Numbered from the stretch's first letter, positions 37,190 to 51,807 are shown. The stretch is 64,000 nt of DNA from Epiperipatus broadwayi (GCA_028023455.1 JAQFVV010000003.1:22444001-22508000); one strand, 5' to 3'. Numbers and translations are program-made. Notes: generated by a model from the letters alone, not told the origin.

Positions 37190-39660
37190 CTTCTACTGAT
37201 TGTATCAGTGACTCCTTTAATATATATATATATATGGTAAAACCACTCTATAACTAGTTGAATTATCAATTTTATCATCTTTCTTCTTTTTAGTATCAAT
37301 GCTATGTAATGCCATATATTATCAGTGACTCCTTTAATATATATATATATGGTAAAACCACTCTATAACAAGTTGAATTATCAATTTTATCCTCTTTCTT
37401 CTTTTTAGTATCAATGCTATGTAACGCCATATATATATATATATGATGTTTTTATTGTAACCATTAGAAAATAGAATATTTTTTGTTAGTTCTATTTCGT
37501 AAGTAAGATGATCTTTATCCGACAAACTATAAGCTCTCATCAAAAGATTTTTTGTTACAAAAAATATTTGTTCAGGAAATGATGAGAATTAAAGTTAAGT
37601 TATTTGTTTATATGGGTGGATTTTCTGTAAACAATATTGATAAGGAATCATCACATTTTCTTGCAATCAAAACATCTAGAAAAGAAAATGATTTGTTTTT
37701 TTCATCTTCCATAGTAAACTTAATATTAAGATGCTAGTCATTAAGAAAAACAAAAAAAGAGTTCAAAGCTACAATATCACGAGACCATATAAAAGAAGAT
37801 TTCTTAATAGCTGCATTTAATACTTCACTTTTTAAAAATTATTCATAAAGAGATCAGTAATTACAGATGACAGTGAAGATCCCATAGAAAGTCCTTTAAT
37901 GTATTTATACTTTTGAAAAGCATGAAGAAAAAATGTATTTTCAAGACAATGTTTTGCTAATGAAATAATAAAATCAGGCAAATTATTGTATTGAGCTATT
38001 ATAGATAAAACTTCTTCTATAGAAATACATTTACAATATCAAAACTAACCAATAAATAAGTTTTAGTTAGTTTTAGATTTTAATTACAGAAATAAAATGA
38101 CTTGAATTCTTAATTCTGGATGGAAGTTTATCTGTCAATGAGTGTAAACATTGGGCTAAATATATAGCCAAAACATATGTGGAAGAATCTATAGCACACA
38201 CAATATCTAGCCAAAACATATGTGGGAAAACTTACAGCACACACAATAAGCCACAATGGTGCCTCAGGAATTGAATTTTAGGCAATCATAAAATTTAGGA
38301 TATAATGAAGAGCCCTCTCTTAGAGAAATTTTAATTTTCATATTCTCATCTATATTGGAACATTTTATAAGATATTTTGTCTTTTTTTCTAAATATATCA
38401 GAGGATCTCTAACAATCTTTTTGTAAGTGCCATCATTTAATAAATTTAAAATTTTATTATTATAATCACAGTCGAATTACCGTTATCTTCTGGAATAATT
38501 ACAATAGAATCCTCTTTTTTTAAATTATGAAATGCAACAAATTCTCCTTAGATAAATTTTTTTTTTTTTTTTTTGGTGGTTTCATATTTTTTAGGAGTTA
38601 CAAACCTTAAATCTAATAACATCAGCAGAGGATAAGTCTAGATTTTTTAAAGAAGACTACATTGCAAAAAATATTTACAGCTGGAATACATTTAAGAACC
38701 AGTACATAATTAAAACCTTTAACCAAAAGGAAATTTCATTTAAGGAAATTTGACGATTAGATAAATTTTTACACTATGTAAATCAATGGAAGAATGTTTA
38801 AAAGTTAATTGTTTTTCCTTTTTAGTTATCAATAAAGCTAGTTTCTTTTTTAGTTTAAAAGTTGAATCTTTGATAGATTGGAAATAAACAATATTATCAA
38901 AAAATAGACCTGAAAACTAGGTGAATAATAGTGTAGCCAACATTATACTTCTCTTAGCAAAAAAACAAACAAAAAAACAAACAATCAATATAATTTAATT
39001 TCTTCCTTTTATCATGAATAAAAGAAATCAAAATTTTCTTACCATCCACAGAATGTTATAAGAATTGGAACTTTCCTCAAATGAAATTTCCCTATTGGAG
39101 AAAGATTTTAATTATGTGCTGGCTTCTAAACATATTCCAGTAGAAAATATTATTTGCAATATAGAGTCTTCTTTAAAAAATATAGACTTACACACTGCTG
39201 ATCTTATTAGATTTGTGGTTGGTGACGTCTTAAAAAATATGAAACCTCCAAAAAATAATTTATCTAAAGGAGAATTTATTGCATTTCTTAATTTAAAAAA
39301 AGATGATTCTATTGTAATTATTCCAGCAGATAAAAGTAATTCGACTGTTGTGCTTAATCGTTTAGAACTTTAAATCTAAATTTATTAAATGACGGCACAA
39401 AAAGATTGTTAGAGAGCCTCTGACATATTCTTAAAAAAAGACAAAATGTCATAAAATGTTCCAGTATAAATGAGGATATGAAAATTAAAATTTCTCCAAT
39501 AGAGGGGTTTTCATTATATCCTAAATTTGATGAGGGAATAGAGAGTAACTCTAGAGAAGAATCAGAAATGATCTTAAATAAGTATGTAATGGATATAAAA
39601 AAAGATGCTAGATATAAAGGACAGAGAGATAACAAACATAAAATCATATAGTAATGGAAC
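37190..39660. mobile_element. Third PLE family, rearranged with inverted segments
   Basis: Plus ORF 39065-39373 LLEKDFNY..NLSKGEF..IIPADKSNSTVVLNR. 38280-38700 is its reverse complement. Minus-strand RT end FLDVLIARK at ~37640-37700, with a 2 x ~130 bp duplication at 37190-37440. Confidence 0.85.
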
Positions 39661-39699
39661 TATTAGGTTTACAGAAAATGAGGTAGTGAATATGACTAT

Positions 39700-42600
39700 C
39701 TTTATACTTTAATCTCTTGGAACACTTTGATACATTTTTTCTACATCTAATGAAGCAATCAAAATATTCCTATTTAATTTAATATTATTTAATTCCATAA
39801 TTTCTTCTGAATTTTTAGTACTATATATACCATATCCAATTACAGCTACTATCTTTTAATATTCTTAAGAATATGATTGTCAAAATTTACAATTACTCTT
39901 GCAGCTATATCTTCTTTATGTATTTTTATTTTTCCAAATATATATGGATGCATAAAAGCTGTTGGATATCACCATCTATACTTTTTATTATTAATTAATT
40001 TCTTCTTCTTCATATAATTCAATATCACTTTATATTTTGTTTTTTCCAGGATCATTATATATTTCTTTATATCCTTGTTTTAGGACATCTTCATTCATTT
40101 TCTTATTATACTCACATTCTTTTAAAATTATAAATCTATTACCTCTGTCTTCACATGTTATTATCAACTTCTCATTATTCACCTTTTTTATATATTTTTT
40201 TATATTACACTTTTCTTTCTAGTCTTTTTTATTATGAACTTTTTTATATTTATCACATTATTAAATTTTGATTGCAGTTTCCACACTTACAACAGTTTCT
40301 TTATGGATATCTTCACTAACAAATAGTATATACTTTTTTCCCTTACTCAATATCTCCAACTGATCATTATCAAATTCAATATTTGATCAATTTACAACTT
40401 TAACCCTTTCTTTAATACAATTATCACTTCCTATGTTATTTTCATGTAAACTATCTTCCAAATTCTCATTCTTCCTTTTTAACCATTCCCATTTCTTATC
40501 ATACTTTATCTTTAATACATTCATTAATTTCTTAATGTGATTCAATAAGTGATATTTTATATCTTCAAATATTTCTTTATACAAATTTCTTCTTAACATA
40601 GTTTTAAGTCTATTATATTTTTTATGCAATTATCCACAGTGTTATATTTTGTCTTTATAAACCAATTATTTGAAGATATAAAATATCAATTATTGAATCA
40701 TAATAAGAAATTAATGAAAGTATTAAAGATTTAAAGTACAATAAGAAATGAGAATTATTAAAAAGGAAGAATGAGAATTTGAAAGATGGTTTACATGAAA
40801 ATAATATAGGAAGTGATAATTGTATTAAAGAAAGGGTTAAAGTTGTAAATTTATCAATGATTGAATTTGATAATTATCAGGTGGATATTGAATGAGAAAA
40901 AAAAGTATATAGCATTTGTTGGTGAAAATAACCATAAAGAAACTGTTGTAAGTATGAAAGCTGGAAATATAACAGATGAACTAAAAATTGAACTGCAATC
41001 AAAAGTTAATAATGATATATATAAAGGTTATAATAAAAAAGAATGAAAAAAAAAGTGTATTATAAAAAAAAATTATAGAAAAGATGAATAATGATAGATT
41101 GATAATAACATGTAAAGATAAAGGTAATAAATAGATTTGTAATTTAAAAGAATATGAGTATAATAAAAAAATGAATGAAGATATAATAAAACAAGGATAT
41201 GAAGAAGTGTACGAAGATTCTGGATATAAAATAATAACAAAATGATACTGAATAATTATATGAAGGAGAAGAAATTGATTAATAGTAAAGAGTATAGATG
41301 GTTATATCAACAGCTTTTATGCATCCATATATATTTGGAAAAATAAAAACACATAAAAAAGCTATGGCTGCAAGAGTAATTGTAAATTTTGACAATCATA
41401 TTCTTAAGAATTTATGTACAATAATATATTAAAAGATAGTAGATGTAATTGGCTATGGTTGTATAGTATTAAAAATTCAGAAGAAATTGTTATGGAATTA
41501 AATAATATTAAATTAAATAGGAATAGTTTGATTGCTTTATTAGATGTAAAAAAAATGTATCAAAGTGTTCCAAGAGATGAAAGTATAAAGTTAGTTATAA
41601 GTATGTTAGAAAAAAGTGGAAAAATATCTAAAGAATAGATATATACTATTAAGAAAGCATTGATGATAATAATGATAGTTTGTATTTTAAAGATAAGAAT
41701 AGGTTTTGGAATATAAAAAGGGATGGGTTATGGGGCAATCGATAAGTGGGTTATTATCATCGATGTTTATAAATAATTTGCAAGAAAAAATAGTAGGAAA
41801 ATATATAAAAAATAAAGAAATAATTAAATATTATAGGTATGTGGATGATATAATTGTTATTGGAAATAGTAGCAGTGTATTAAAAATATTTAATGAATTG
41901 AATGATAATATATATATATATATATAATTAAGTTTACAATGGAAAAGGAAGAAAAAGTTTTAAAATATTTGGATATTTATTTGAATAGAAACAAGGAAAA
42001 TGAAATAGAGATGAAACAGTATATTAAAGATGTTGAAATTAGAAGAATATTTGATCATAGTATGTACCAACCTTTGTCATAGAAGATGTCAGTTTTAAAG
42101 GGGTTTAAAATAAAGAATGATAGACTTACAATAGATAAAAAGAAATCTATTGAACAAAAAATGAATATAGAAAAGAATTATGTGAAGATGGGATATAATA
42201 AAAAAGATATTTTTAAAGAGTTTTGAATAGTAAGAGTAAAGTAAATTATGGGGGAAAGAAAAAAGAAAGATAGAAATAAAGATGGGTAGATCAATAATAA
42301 ATGGATATCAATACCTTATTATAAAGATGTATGTAAGATTTTAAGAAAAGGGAAATTGAATGAGAATGTAAGAATTGCTTGAAAGAATAATAAATCATTG
42401 GCAAAATGGATATCAAATGTGAAGAGAGAGAATAATAAAGAAAGTAAAATAGGATTGGTATACAAAATAATTTGTAGGAGTTGCAATAAGATATATATAG
42501 ATAGATCAAACAGCAACAGAAAGGGGAAAAGAGCACAATAGGGCTATTAATAGAAAGGATATGAATTCAGGATATGTTTATTATTTGAATATTGGTCATA

Positions 42601-43210
42601 GAATGAGATGTATTGAAGATATGGAAGTTATAAAATATGTTAAAGATTACAATAGAAGAAAATATTATGAGATAGTATACATTCAAGAGAATATGAATAA
42701 ATGTATTAATTTAGTTAAAGGACCTGTAATGTTGAGTAATAAATGGGCATTAAAGGATAATTGGAAAATTTAATATATGGTTAATTTGTTTTTTTTAAAA
42801 TAATATATATGATACATGTAAATAATTAGTTAACTATAAATAAATAAGGTCGTATTTGAAGGAATGGTTAGTAGAAATATATGAGAAATGATATATAATT
42901 TAGTTTAGTGTATAAAGTATGTATATATAATTAATTTAATGGAATAAATGTAAAGTAATATATAATTTATGGAGTATAATGTATATAATTATTGAATTGT
43001 AATTAATGTGGTATTTTATTTATTGTATAAATATAATATGTATATAAAAAAGAAAGGAGTATATATATATGTAAATAGATTATGCGATTATATAAAATGA
43101 ACGTTAGAAGGAGTATTGATAGATATAAAGGTCATGTGATTGTATTAGAAAAGTGTATTTTGAAAAGGCCTTAATGTAGAGCGAAAGCGAAAACCGGTTC
43201 AATAATAAAA
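39700..43210 (+). mobile_element. Very AT-rich PLE (plus, 40665-43210) preceded by an inverted copy of its 5' part (39700-40640)
   Basis: LLDVKKMYQSVP (41414-41638), GWVMGQSISGLLS..YYRYVDDIIVIG (41706-41927), GLVYKIICRSCNKIYI (~42450-42500), GHRM..DYNRRKYYEIVYI (42561-42773). 40378-40570 is the reverse complement of 40665-40870. Confidence 0.88.
43156..43204 (+). ncRNA. Degenerate hammerhead motif, U3-A8 core variant
   Basis: UAUU-UUGAAAA-GGCC...GCGAAAGC-GAAA-A(CCGG)U-UC^AAUA. Helix I UAUU/AAUA and palindromic helix III are present; helix II is disrupted by a GCGAAA duplication. It sits at the expected 3' position of the PLE. Confidence 0.5.
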
Positions 43211-46200
43211 AAAATATTTAATTTTTATATAGTTGTTTTATTTCAATTGTGTTGGAATCATTATTATGGTTACTTCCCCCCCCCCCCCAGGATTTTTCAA
43301 CAATATGTTTTAAGTCACTTGCTTAAAAAATAACATTTTTTAACTTTAAAAATCGCCATAATCAAGCAATAAAAATATATGAACCTCATCAGTACTTATG
43401 AAAAATTATTCCATCATCTTATATTTAAACGTTTCTGTTACTACAAGCACGGGCATTATTACCATAAATCAAAAAATAAAATTATCTTCAGGTTAAATAT
43501 CAAAAAGAGCCAACTTGAAACCAATAAAACCAAAATTAAAAAAAAAAAAAATATGTAGAACAATTAATGTACACAAGAGTCTACTTAGATTTTGATTTCC
43601 AAGAATTAAATTAAACATTATGCTAACTATGTATAATGTGTATACAAACACAGAAAATGAAGTAAAATATTTGTTAATATTTTTGTCTTTTTTCAAACTG
43701 AAGTTACAGTACAATATATATATAATTTATTGCAAAGTGACATTAATATTAAAATATATGTCAGATGAAATGTGAACATGACAAATTGAATTGTAGCATT
43801 AAAAATTAAATGAATTCTTTTAATGACTGAATTCACCCAACTATTTTCAAAAAAAAAAAAAACAAACATTTTTATTATAAAACAATCATGCAATAAAAAA
43901 ACATACATGATTAATGAAATGTCAAATTTGATTTTTTTATCCATGAGTATATTATTTCACTGTTGTCATTCACCTTTACTGGTTTAAATGAAACAAAGTT
44001 TGATTAAACATTTCATTAAATTTATGGTCTTTACAAAGTAATTACTTTATGGACAAAACAAAACTTCAATTTGGGAAAAAAATTAATTACAATTAAAATA
44101 AATTGTAGAGAGGAAGAGGTTTAACAAATGCAACACAAACCATTTCTATATACCTAAACACAATTTTAAGTATGTTTTCTGTCAAAAGAAAATAATTATA
44201 ATTAATTGGTCAGTAAGTGTTAATAATGCTTAACATTCCTTTAACATAATTTATTTTAACACCTCAATGTTAGAGCCACATAGCAAAGAGTACTGAACAT
44301 TTTATATAATTAAGAATCACATATAATGTTTGAATCATTCAATCAATGCCTTCTTAAAACTACTATGGATGAATTCATCATACTACACTCACTTTTTATA
44401 TAATTGTTCCAACAGAATTCATATTTCAATCATGCAGATACATTATTTTTCAAAGAATTATCATATTCTTGATAAAAGAATAGCAAATTAGATACTCTGT
44501 TGGTCATCAGTGATTATTATCAAGAGTTAAGCCTATTACACAAAATCCATATACAAACACACAGTGGTGAAGTGGTTAGCAGGGCCACATAAATCTCCAT
44601 AACCTGAGGTTTAAGTATGAATAGTTGGAAATTTTGTCAAGTAGTTCAAGATTCCTTAAACCATGGTCCTTAATTGGTTCAGACATCCATTAATAAATGG
44701 TCTAACTATATTTAACCAATGAATAAACGTTATAGTATCATCTAGTATGGTATATAAATGTTAATGCAATGATTATAAAGCAATATCATGAATTTAATAT
44801 AATAAAGTTTTCACGACTTATGGTAATGATGCCATACAATTATGGGTAATGAGATTTATTTTTAGGACCAGGATAGAGCACTGTTTAAAATATGACTAAA
44901 TTCAAGTTTTATTTAATCTAAGTTTTTCAATATTTTTTTTTTTACTTTTATTGCATTAAAAAACAATAATTTAGCTTTTAATACAAAAGAAAAAAAACAT
45001 GATATTAAACAAATGAAATATTTGATATTTATAAAATCTATGTTTACACTTCCAAATTTATCAATACCCACCAGTCTGAAAAAAAAAATGCAATAAAATT
45101 ACACAAATAGATATTGGCAGATAGATATGTTAAAGAATTTCCTATTCTGAAAAAATGGATGGCTGTATCTCTTGAAATTTCTAAAATATGCTTTTGTACA
45201 AAACTTTAAAAAATGCATGAGTATTTTTGTAGCATATTCAAATGGGTATAAATAATGCATTTATTTTGACTGCATTGGAATGAATTTTAGAAATTGTAAT
45301 GAGATAGTACATATTTCTAAAATTTTGCATTATATATTGTAGTTAAAGTAATCAAATAATCAGTTGCTAGAAATATTATTGTGACATTTGAGCACCAAAG
45401 ATAATAAGTTGAACTTTAATCTAAGAACTTTTAATTCTCTAACCATGCATTCTACCATTGTATCAAACTGAACAGGAATATACTGTAATTAATTATCTAA
45501 GCCTTACAATCTCTTAAACAATCTCATAATTGTACAACTCCAAATTAAGAACTGTTGTTTTAGAAAAATAAATATGAATTTTAATATTCTACTATTTATT
45601 ATGCAGTTTTAGTTCACCAAGTGCTTACTTTGCATCTTCCTACAATTAAACTATATTTTTATTATATTAACAATGATTTTGTGCTTTATAAAAAATATTT
45701 ATGTATGGGATTGATGAATTATTCTCATATAAATAAATAAATAAAAAATTAGGATGGGGAAATTGAAATTCTGAGAAAGTAAAGGCAGAAATCAAACTAG
45801 CTTAATCAATAAAATAATTGGAAAAATAAAAATTCTATTCAATTTACATATTCTGCTATTTAAAAAAAAAAATAATTTTTGAATTCCTTTAAAATCTGGT
45901 TCCAACAATAAGAAATAATTCATGCCATCAAAATCTGTATTAAGGTTATTAAAATGAAGTTCTATCAAATAAATTGAAAAATGATAAATATATCAGATTG
46001 TAATATTGACATAATTATCATGGCATAAATACAATAAAAGAAAGTGCAATAATTAAAATAATCTGTAATTCACACTCTGCAAAACCTTAACAGTAAAACA
46101 ATAATAAAACTGCATTTTGGAGGGGTTTTTTTTGGCCCATATGATAATGAAATATTTAAGTAAAAAACAACACTAAATGGAACAATAGCAACAAAATATC

Positions 46201-47329
46201 TGATACTGATAATATATCTATGTCATAGTCTTTTCAATCATTGAAAATATCTCACACTAGTCTTATAGACACTGGTATTGAGTAATTCTAGTATGGTGCT
46301 GAGGGTTTATTATGACAATAGTAATTATTGAAGCCGTAATCTTCTGAGGAAAGACTAGCGCTGGATGATTATATCCACTGTAAGAGTTTTCAGTGTGATA
46401 GTAGAGATTCCACATTGTAGTGGGTCTGGTTTATTCCCATTCATATAATAGACCCACTTGATGTTTGCCACTTGAGCAGATTTATTCATTAGAATTTCAA
46501 GCTGCTGATAGTATATATATGAGAATATAACCAACTACCTTAAAAGACAGTAATAACCATGATATTCAAAGCAATTACTTTAAAAGACTAACTTTTCTGT
46601 GAAAAGAATAGTTTTAAAATACAAGACTTTAGGATTATTAGAATAAGGGCCCTTTTTGATTGCATTTCATTATTAACAATTTTGTGGGATCATAATCAAC
46701 TAACACTAAAATACCATTACAAAATCTTGTCAGTTTTACAGATACAAATAAAATAATCTATTGAAGAGCAAACAATTGCATAAAAAAGTATGTAAATTGG
46801 TTCAGAAATATAATAATCATTTTCTCAAAATATGATAGAGGTGATAATTTCATATTTAGTGAAAAGTAGAATATAGTATTACTATTTACAAATTAATATA
46901 CAGACATATTAATATATTTTGTATGATGCTGGAGTTCACAATTCATGGTTCATGGCATTAGCTCTTTTATTTCTGTTTCCCAAACTTTTTATAAACTCCT
47001 GGCAATAAAATATTCAAGTATTTATTTGTAATATATTTTCAAATATAGGTAGTCAGAACATATTTTAAACTTAAAAAAAAAAAAGAAGTACTACAATTTA
47101 CATATAAAACTGAAAATTATCACAAGAAAAAAAATGTTAATAAAACATAGATAATCACTATTTGGAAATATATGAGTCCTTAATTAGGACATACTTAAAA
47201 AATGGTGTTAAGACAAAAAAATAGGCTATAACAAATTTTACCACATAGAAATGAAATTAATTAAAAAAAAGAGATAAAGTAATGGAGTCACTAGAATAGT
47301 AGTTATCTGAATAATGTACACATTAGTTT

Positions 47330-47900
47330 GGTCTGTAACCAGAAAAAAAAAGTGTTGACATTATATGCTGATATGTAAAAGTGCTTAATAATAATGCTCC
47401 AAACAATATTAAAGATGTTATAAGGATGAAAAGAGATGAAACTTTTTGGAATCGATCTAAGTTTTAAAACACATTTAGTGAAGATGGATGCAGATATTGA
47501 TGTATTGAGGTAATTAAAACTTTTTATTGGTGAAGATGGATATACTCCAAAATAATTTTTTAATACTGACAAGGATGTGGTTGTAGAAAAATGAATGCTT
47601 TTCCATTTTACCATTTTGGCTAAAAAAAAAAAGTATTGTTAATGTTAGTATCAAAAGATCACATAACTTTTGTATGTTGTTAGCAATGCATAAAGCAATA
47701 TAAAGACGCTGAAGTCATTATTGTTAAAAAATGATAATAAAAATGTGTAAATCATCATCATCAGGTAATTAAGAGGCTAATAAAAGAATCTGGAATATAA
47801 GCCAAATTTTAGTAATAAAATTAGAAATTATTTTGCTCTAGAAGTATGCATTAGGAGCAGTAATTCACACTTCAGATTTTGAACTCAAACCAAATTATTT
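47330..47900 (+). mobile_element. Decayed pogo/Tigger DDE transposase remnant
   Basis: DGYTPK*FFNTDKDV (compare Y.PEQIFNADETGL) at ~47535-47580 and SKDHITFVCC (compare SKDRLTLLLC) at ~47650. Confidence 0.5.
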
Positions 47901-48345
47901 GTATAGCTATTTAATTCTGATACTAAATGTTTTTTGACAAAAATGTTTAAAAATTTTAAGTCATAAGTCTGAATAAAAGAAGTAAGAGGGCTACTGGATA
48001 TGTAAGTGCAAATCCAACACTTCTAGTTAATAAAAGTCTATACCTAGCAATTAGTCTGGAGATTTGCAAAAGACTATTACCTATCATTTACTGATTGTCA
48101 AGCCTTCAATAAATGGATGCAGAGAAAAGTAAATAGAATGAATTGTTGCTCCTAATGCATATTTTGAAAGTGTAATATAAAAAATAAGCCAAACATTTAT
48201 TTTAAAACAATACTGATTTTAGATAATGCTGCAAGTCAGAGTGTGAATGCTGTTAACATGTAGCAGTGTAAAATCATGTTAAAGCCAGTTTCCACTATAA
48301 CTTATGTAAATATTTTTACTTATATAGCTTGATGTTTTCATAAAT

Positions 48346-48650
48346 TATAATAATAATGGCGCTTACACCACGGCACATGCGTTTTACAGATGGATTGCTA
48401 TTTATAATGAATACTCTCCTTTACAAAACTCAAGATAAAGTCTTTTTAAAAGATAGAATGGATCCACTTTATCTTTCAGTTCCAAATGCTTCAGATTGGC
48501 CCATACATATAACTTGGGTGAAAAAGAGTAGATCCATTCTATCTTTTAAAAAGATGTTATTTTGTGTCCGGAAAAGAGAGTATTCATTATGAATAGCGTT
48601 CCATCTGTAAAGCCCAAGTGGCATGGAGTAAGCTATGTTATTATTATAAC
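48346..48650. repeat. ~305 bp imperfect palindrome (MITE-like or inverted retro-tail dimer)
   Basis: Nested inverted blocks: TTATAATAATAA/TTATTATTATAA, TTACAGATGGA/TCCATCTGTAA, ATAATGAATACTCTC/GAGAGTATTCATTAT, TTTTTAAAAGATAGAATGGATC/GATCCATTCTATCTTTTAAAAA. Confidence 0.8.
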
Positions 48651-49603
48651 TTATGTAATTCATTGATCAAGAAATGTTTTGAAAGCCCATTAACTATAGT
48701 GCTTATAAATAATGAAAGCATTGCAAGACCTTTAGACAAAAATTAATATTACAAACACTACTAAACTTTTTAGTAAAATTGAAAGCTATTGATTGAGCAA
48801 TTGAGTTAATTAATACTTATGTTGCATAAAAATTGTAACTCTTGAAAAACAGGATTTTATAAAGTAAATGAAATAAATGACTAGGGAGGAAAATGCTGAC
48901 AGAAACAGAACAGTTGATAGCTAATGAAAAATTGAAAAAGAATTGTGAAAGTGAATTCCAAACAAAGACCTATTAACATAGCATTTACAATAAATGTTGA
49001 CAAATCTTGAAATCACCAATCTTCTTTTAAACACGCTTTCAAATTTGGATCTAAAAAATTATTAAGCAACCATGAAGTTTTATTTAAAAATCATATGCAA
49101 AAAAAAGAGAGAACGCAATTGCTTTAAAAACATATCAAAAATGAATGCAGAGATTTTCAACCAGTCCCTCTGTTCATGAAGTTTCATTCCTTTTCTTTTA
49201 ATTCACATAACTTTTTTATAACTTGTATTTATTTAATTTATATTTTTTTGTTTATGTTTTTAAATAAATGTACCTACAACTCATTAGTATTACAATAATA
49301 GATAAAAATAAATACTGCTCCTAATTAAATATTACCATTATTTTTCTGGATATTGAAGCAATGGATCCAGAAGTCTGATCCATGCTTCACAGCCTGCTAT
49401 AAACTCACCGGCATTGTAAACCTGGGTTAAGTTTATATTCAAGTATCAACAGAGTTTTGCATTAAATAGAGAATTAAAGTGTTTTATTTTGTATATTTAA
49501 CTGTCACTAAATTAGCTATTTAGTTTAAAATATTCAGTTAAAGAAAATTTTGATCAAAATTAAATCATTTATAAAAATTTCTTTTTCAAATTTATTAATG
49601 AAA

Positions 49604-50468
49604 CATATGGGTCTCTTTTTACGCGGACTTATTTAACACGATTTTGAAGTTACACGATCCACATTTCACCGGAAGTCGAACTCCGATAATGCGCTATTAC
49701 TTTAAATAATAAATTTCGCGCACTTACGTTATAATGAAAGTAATAGCACATTATTGGAATTCGACTTTCATCTTAGTAATTTCAATATTTTCAGTGCTTT
49801 ATAATAGTAAAATTTTATGCAATAATGAAATTAAAATCATGATTTCCACATTTTACGTATACACACATTAAATTTTACAAGATTATAATGTAAATTTGTT
49901 CAAACATTGTGCATGTTAATTTTGCATTTTAAATCATATTCTGTTTTTGCTTTTTAAAAAGGAACGTAATCAATTATTATTTTCTTATTAATGACACTTT
50001 AACATGCTCTTAAATTCCAACGAGAGCTAAATGGTTGTATGTCTGGATATCGCGAGCTTCGTAAACAATTAATAAAATCATCGTCTCAAAGATTAATTAC
50101 TAATTACGTTGTCACCAGAAAATCATAATAATTAAAATGTGTATTAAAAAAATGTAAATTACTATACTGTAAATTATGCATAAAAATATATTATTTTGAA
50201 TAAAATTAAATATTATAGTTAAAAAAAGTTTTGTCTTGTATCAATTTTTTTCAAATTTGAAATTTTTTATTAGTCATATTTTATTTCCTTATTTTTTTTT
50301 TAAGCGAATTTTAAAGTAATTTTACGTTGGTGCTTTGCTTTTACGCGAATTTTGAAAAATCACAGACCGCATCCCCCCTTTTTCAATGTAAGTTACGTCT
50401 ATTTTTGCACGATTTCGTTTGCATGTTTTCTGAGGAACCTATCTATCGCGTAAAACGAGACCCAGGTG
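49604..50468. mobile_element. Non-autonomous Tc1/mariner-pogo-type DNA element (MITE)
   Basis: Imperfect TIRs ..TGGGTCTCTTTTTACGCG / CGCGTAAAACGAGACCCAGGTG, with TA after the right end. CpG-rich and non-coding. Confidence 0.65.
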
Positions 50469-50929
50469 TATGTATGGCAAGCATATATATATATGATTAA
50501 ATACAAAATTCTGTTAAAACTAAAATTTCATTTTATTAAAAGAAATAATAAAATATTTTTCTTTTAACTTTGTTAACATTATATGTCATATGATTTTATT
50601 TTAAGATAAGACTGCCAACATTCCTAAAGTAATTGCATTTTCAATTAGTGTTTTATTCAGGGCAAATTAAAGATGGCCTTTTTAATAAATCAAATTCGAA
50701 ATTAAAGCAAAATTTGATAAGAAGAACTTAAAGTTTATTTTTAGCCAAAAAGTTACTTTGAAACAAAAGAGCGTGGGGGCTTACAAGATCTAGAATCATA
50801 CGACAAACAATAGAAAAGTATCACTAAAAAGGTATAAAAGGTGGGAAGAACAAAGGACTAGATCTTTATTCAGAAATTGATCAGAGATCTTATATCTTAT
50901 ATGAGAGCTTATATCTTAGATTTTCTTAT

Positions 50930-51500
50930 TTTTTTTTTTTAGTCAGAAATGCTTCCGAGATCTTTAGTCAGAAATTGATCTGGCTATTTTTATTCGGAAA
51001 TTCTTCTGAAATTTGTCTATAGTTTTATTCTGAAATTATTTATTCAGAGATTGACTCTGAAAGTATTTCTGAAATTGTTACTGAAGTGATTTTGAAAATA
51101 TACTTAGCTGCTGCTTGTCGGCTCTTTTGATAAAGTTCTACTACTTACTTCTGCTACTTTTGCTAAGGCGACCAAGTCAAATGATTCTCCGAGGTTGTGC
51201 TGAAAGTAATTGCTGAAACCCATTGTGTCCTAGTTCTTGCAGAGAATTCCTATTTTTGATTTAAAAATGTGACACTTCAAAATTTCTATTAACTTGGTGG
51301 ACGTGACCATGTACGGTGGTTAAGCCCATCAGCTTTGCCTGCCGTCAGGGTCCTAATCCATCAAAATGCTGTAAAGTGTCAAGTAGATAGTGAAACCGAA
51401 CTGTGGGCTGTGTGTGCGCCCTATGTGTCAAAAGTGCTTCCGATCCTAATCTCTTTGTCTGAACAAATAAATCCACATACGTACATCAAGCCAGGACGTA
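50930..51500 (-). mobile_element. Possible decayed retrotransposon gag-like region
   Basis: Broken minus frames LLDTLQHFDGLGP / DPDGRQS / KLIEILKCHIFKSK / N-F-R-rich tail loosely resemble a Ty3 gag. No diagnostic motif is intact. Confidence 0.25.
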
Positions 51501-51622
51501 GAGGGAAATGGACAAACTAAACATGGAATGGTAACTTTTAATCATCTCACGAACTTTTACTTTCCTTGTTTTAACTTTATACCTTTCTTTAGATGTTCTC
51601 AGTAATTTATTATCTTTCATTA

Positions 51623-51807
51623 TAATTACATTCATATCGGCCTTTCAAGCCAACTGCGCAAACGCTTTGCGAGTGTTAAATAATAAATGAATACCCATTG
51701 ACCAATACAAGATATAGAATTGTATTGGTCAGAGGGTATTCATTTATTATTTAACACTCGCAAAACGTTTGCACAATTGGCTTGAAAGGCCGATATGAAT
51801 GTAATTA
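51623..51807. repeat. ~185 bp palindrome; one arm recurs at ~33365-33475
   Basis: TAATTACATTCATATCGGCCTTTCAAGCCAA...TGACCAATACAA is inverted against TTGTATTGGTCA...TTGGCTTGAAAGGCCGATATGAATGTAATTA, with a ~10-nt spacer. Confidence 0.85.

Noticed and set aside
43380-43440. Minus-strand GAAACGUU and CUGAUGAGG in type II order
   Set aside because: Helices I and II do not pair.
30040-45460. Further tRNA-SINE-like box fragments (~30045-30100, ~44565-44620, ~45390-45460)
   Set aside because: Only partial A- or B-box similarity with no TSD or stem support; too eroded to annotate.
45056-45639. Minus-strand 11-nt microexon plus a 28-nt exon giving EDAKLVGIDKFG, reminiscent of NDUFA12/NDUFAF2
   Set aside because: The expected following NKYYE exon was not found and the peptide is too short to be significant.
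51335-51520. Plus-strand CGLCVRPMCQKCF cysteine cluster resembling a piggyBac C-terminal domain, and a minus-strand VHGHVH resembling an HUH motif
   Set aside because: Both need frameshifts or read through stops, and there are no TTAA/TIR or Rep/helicase motifs nearby.
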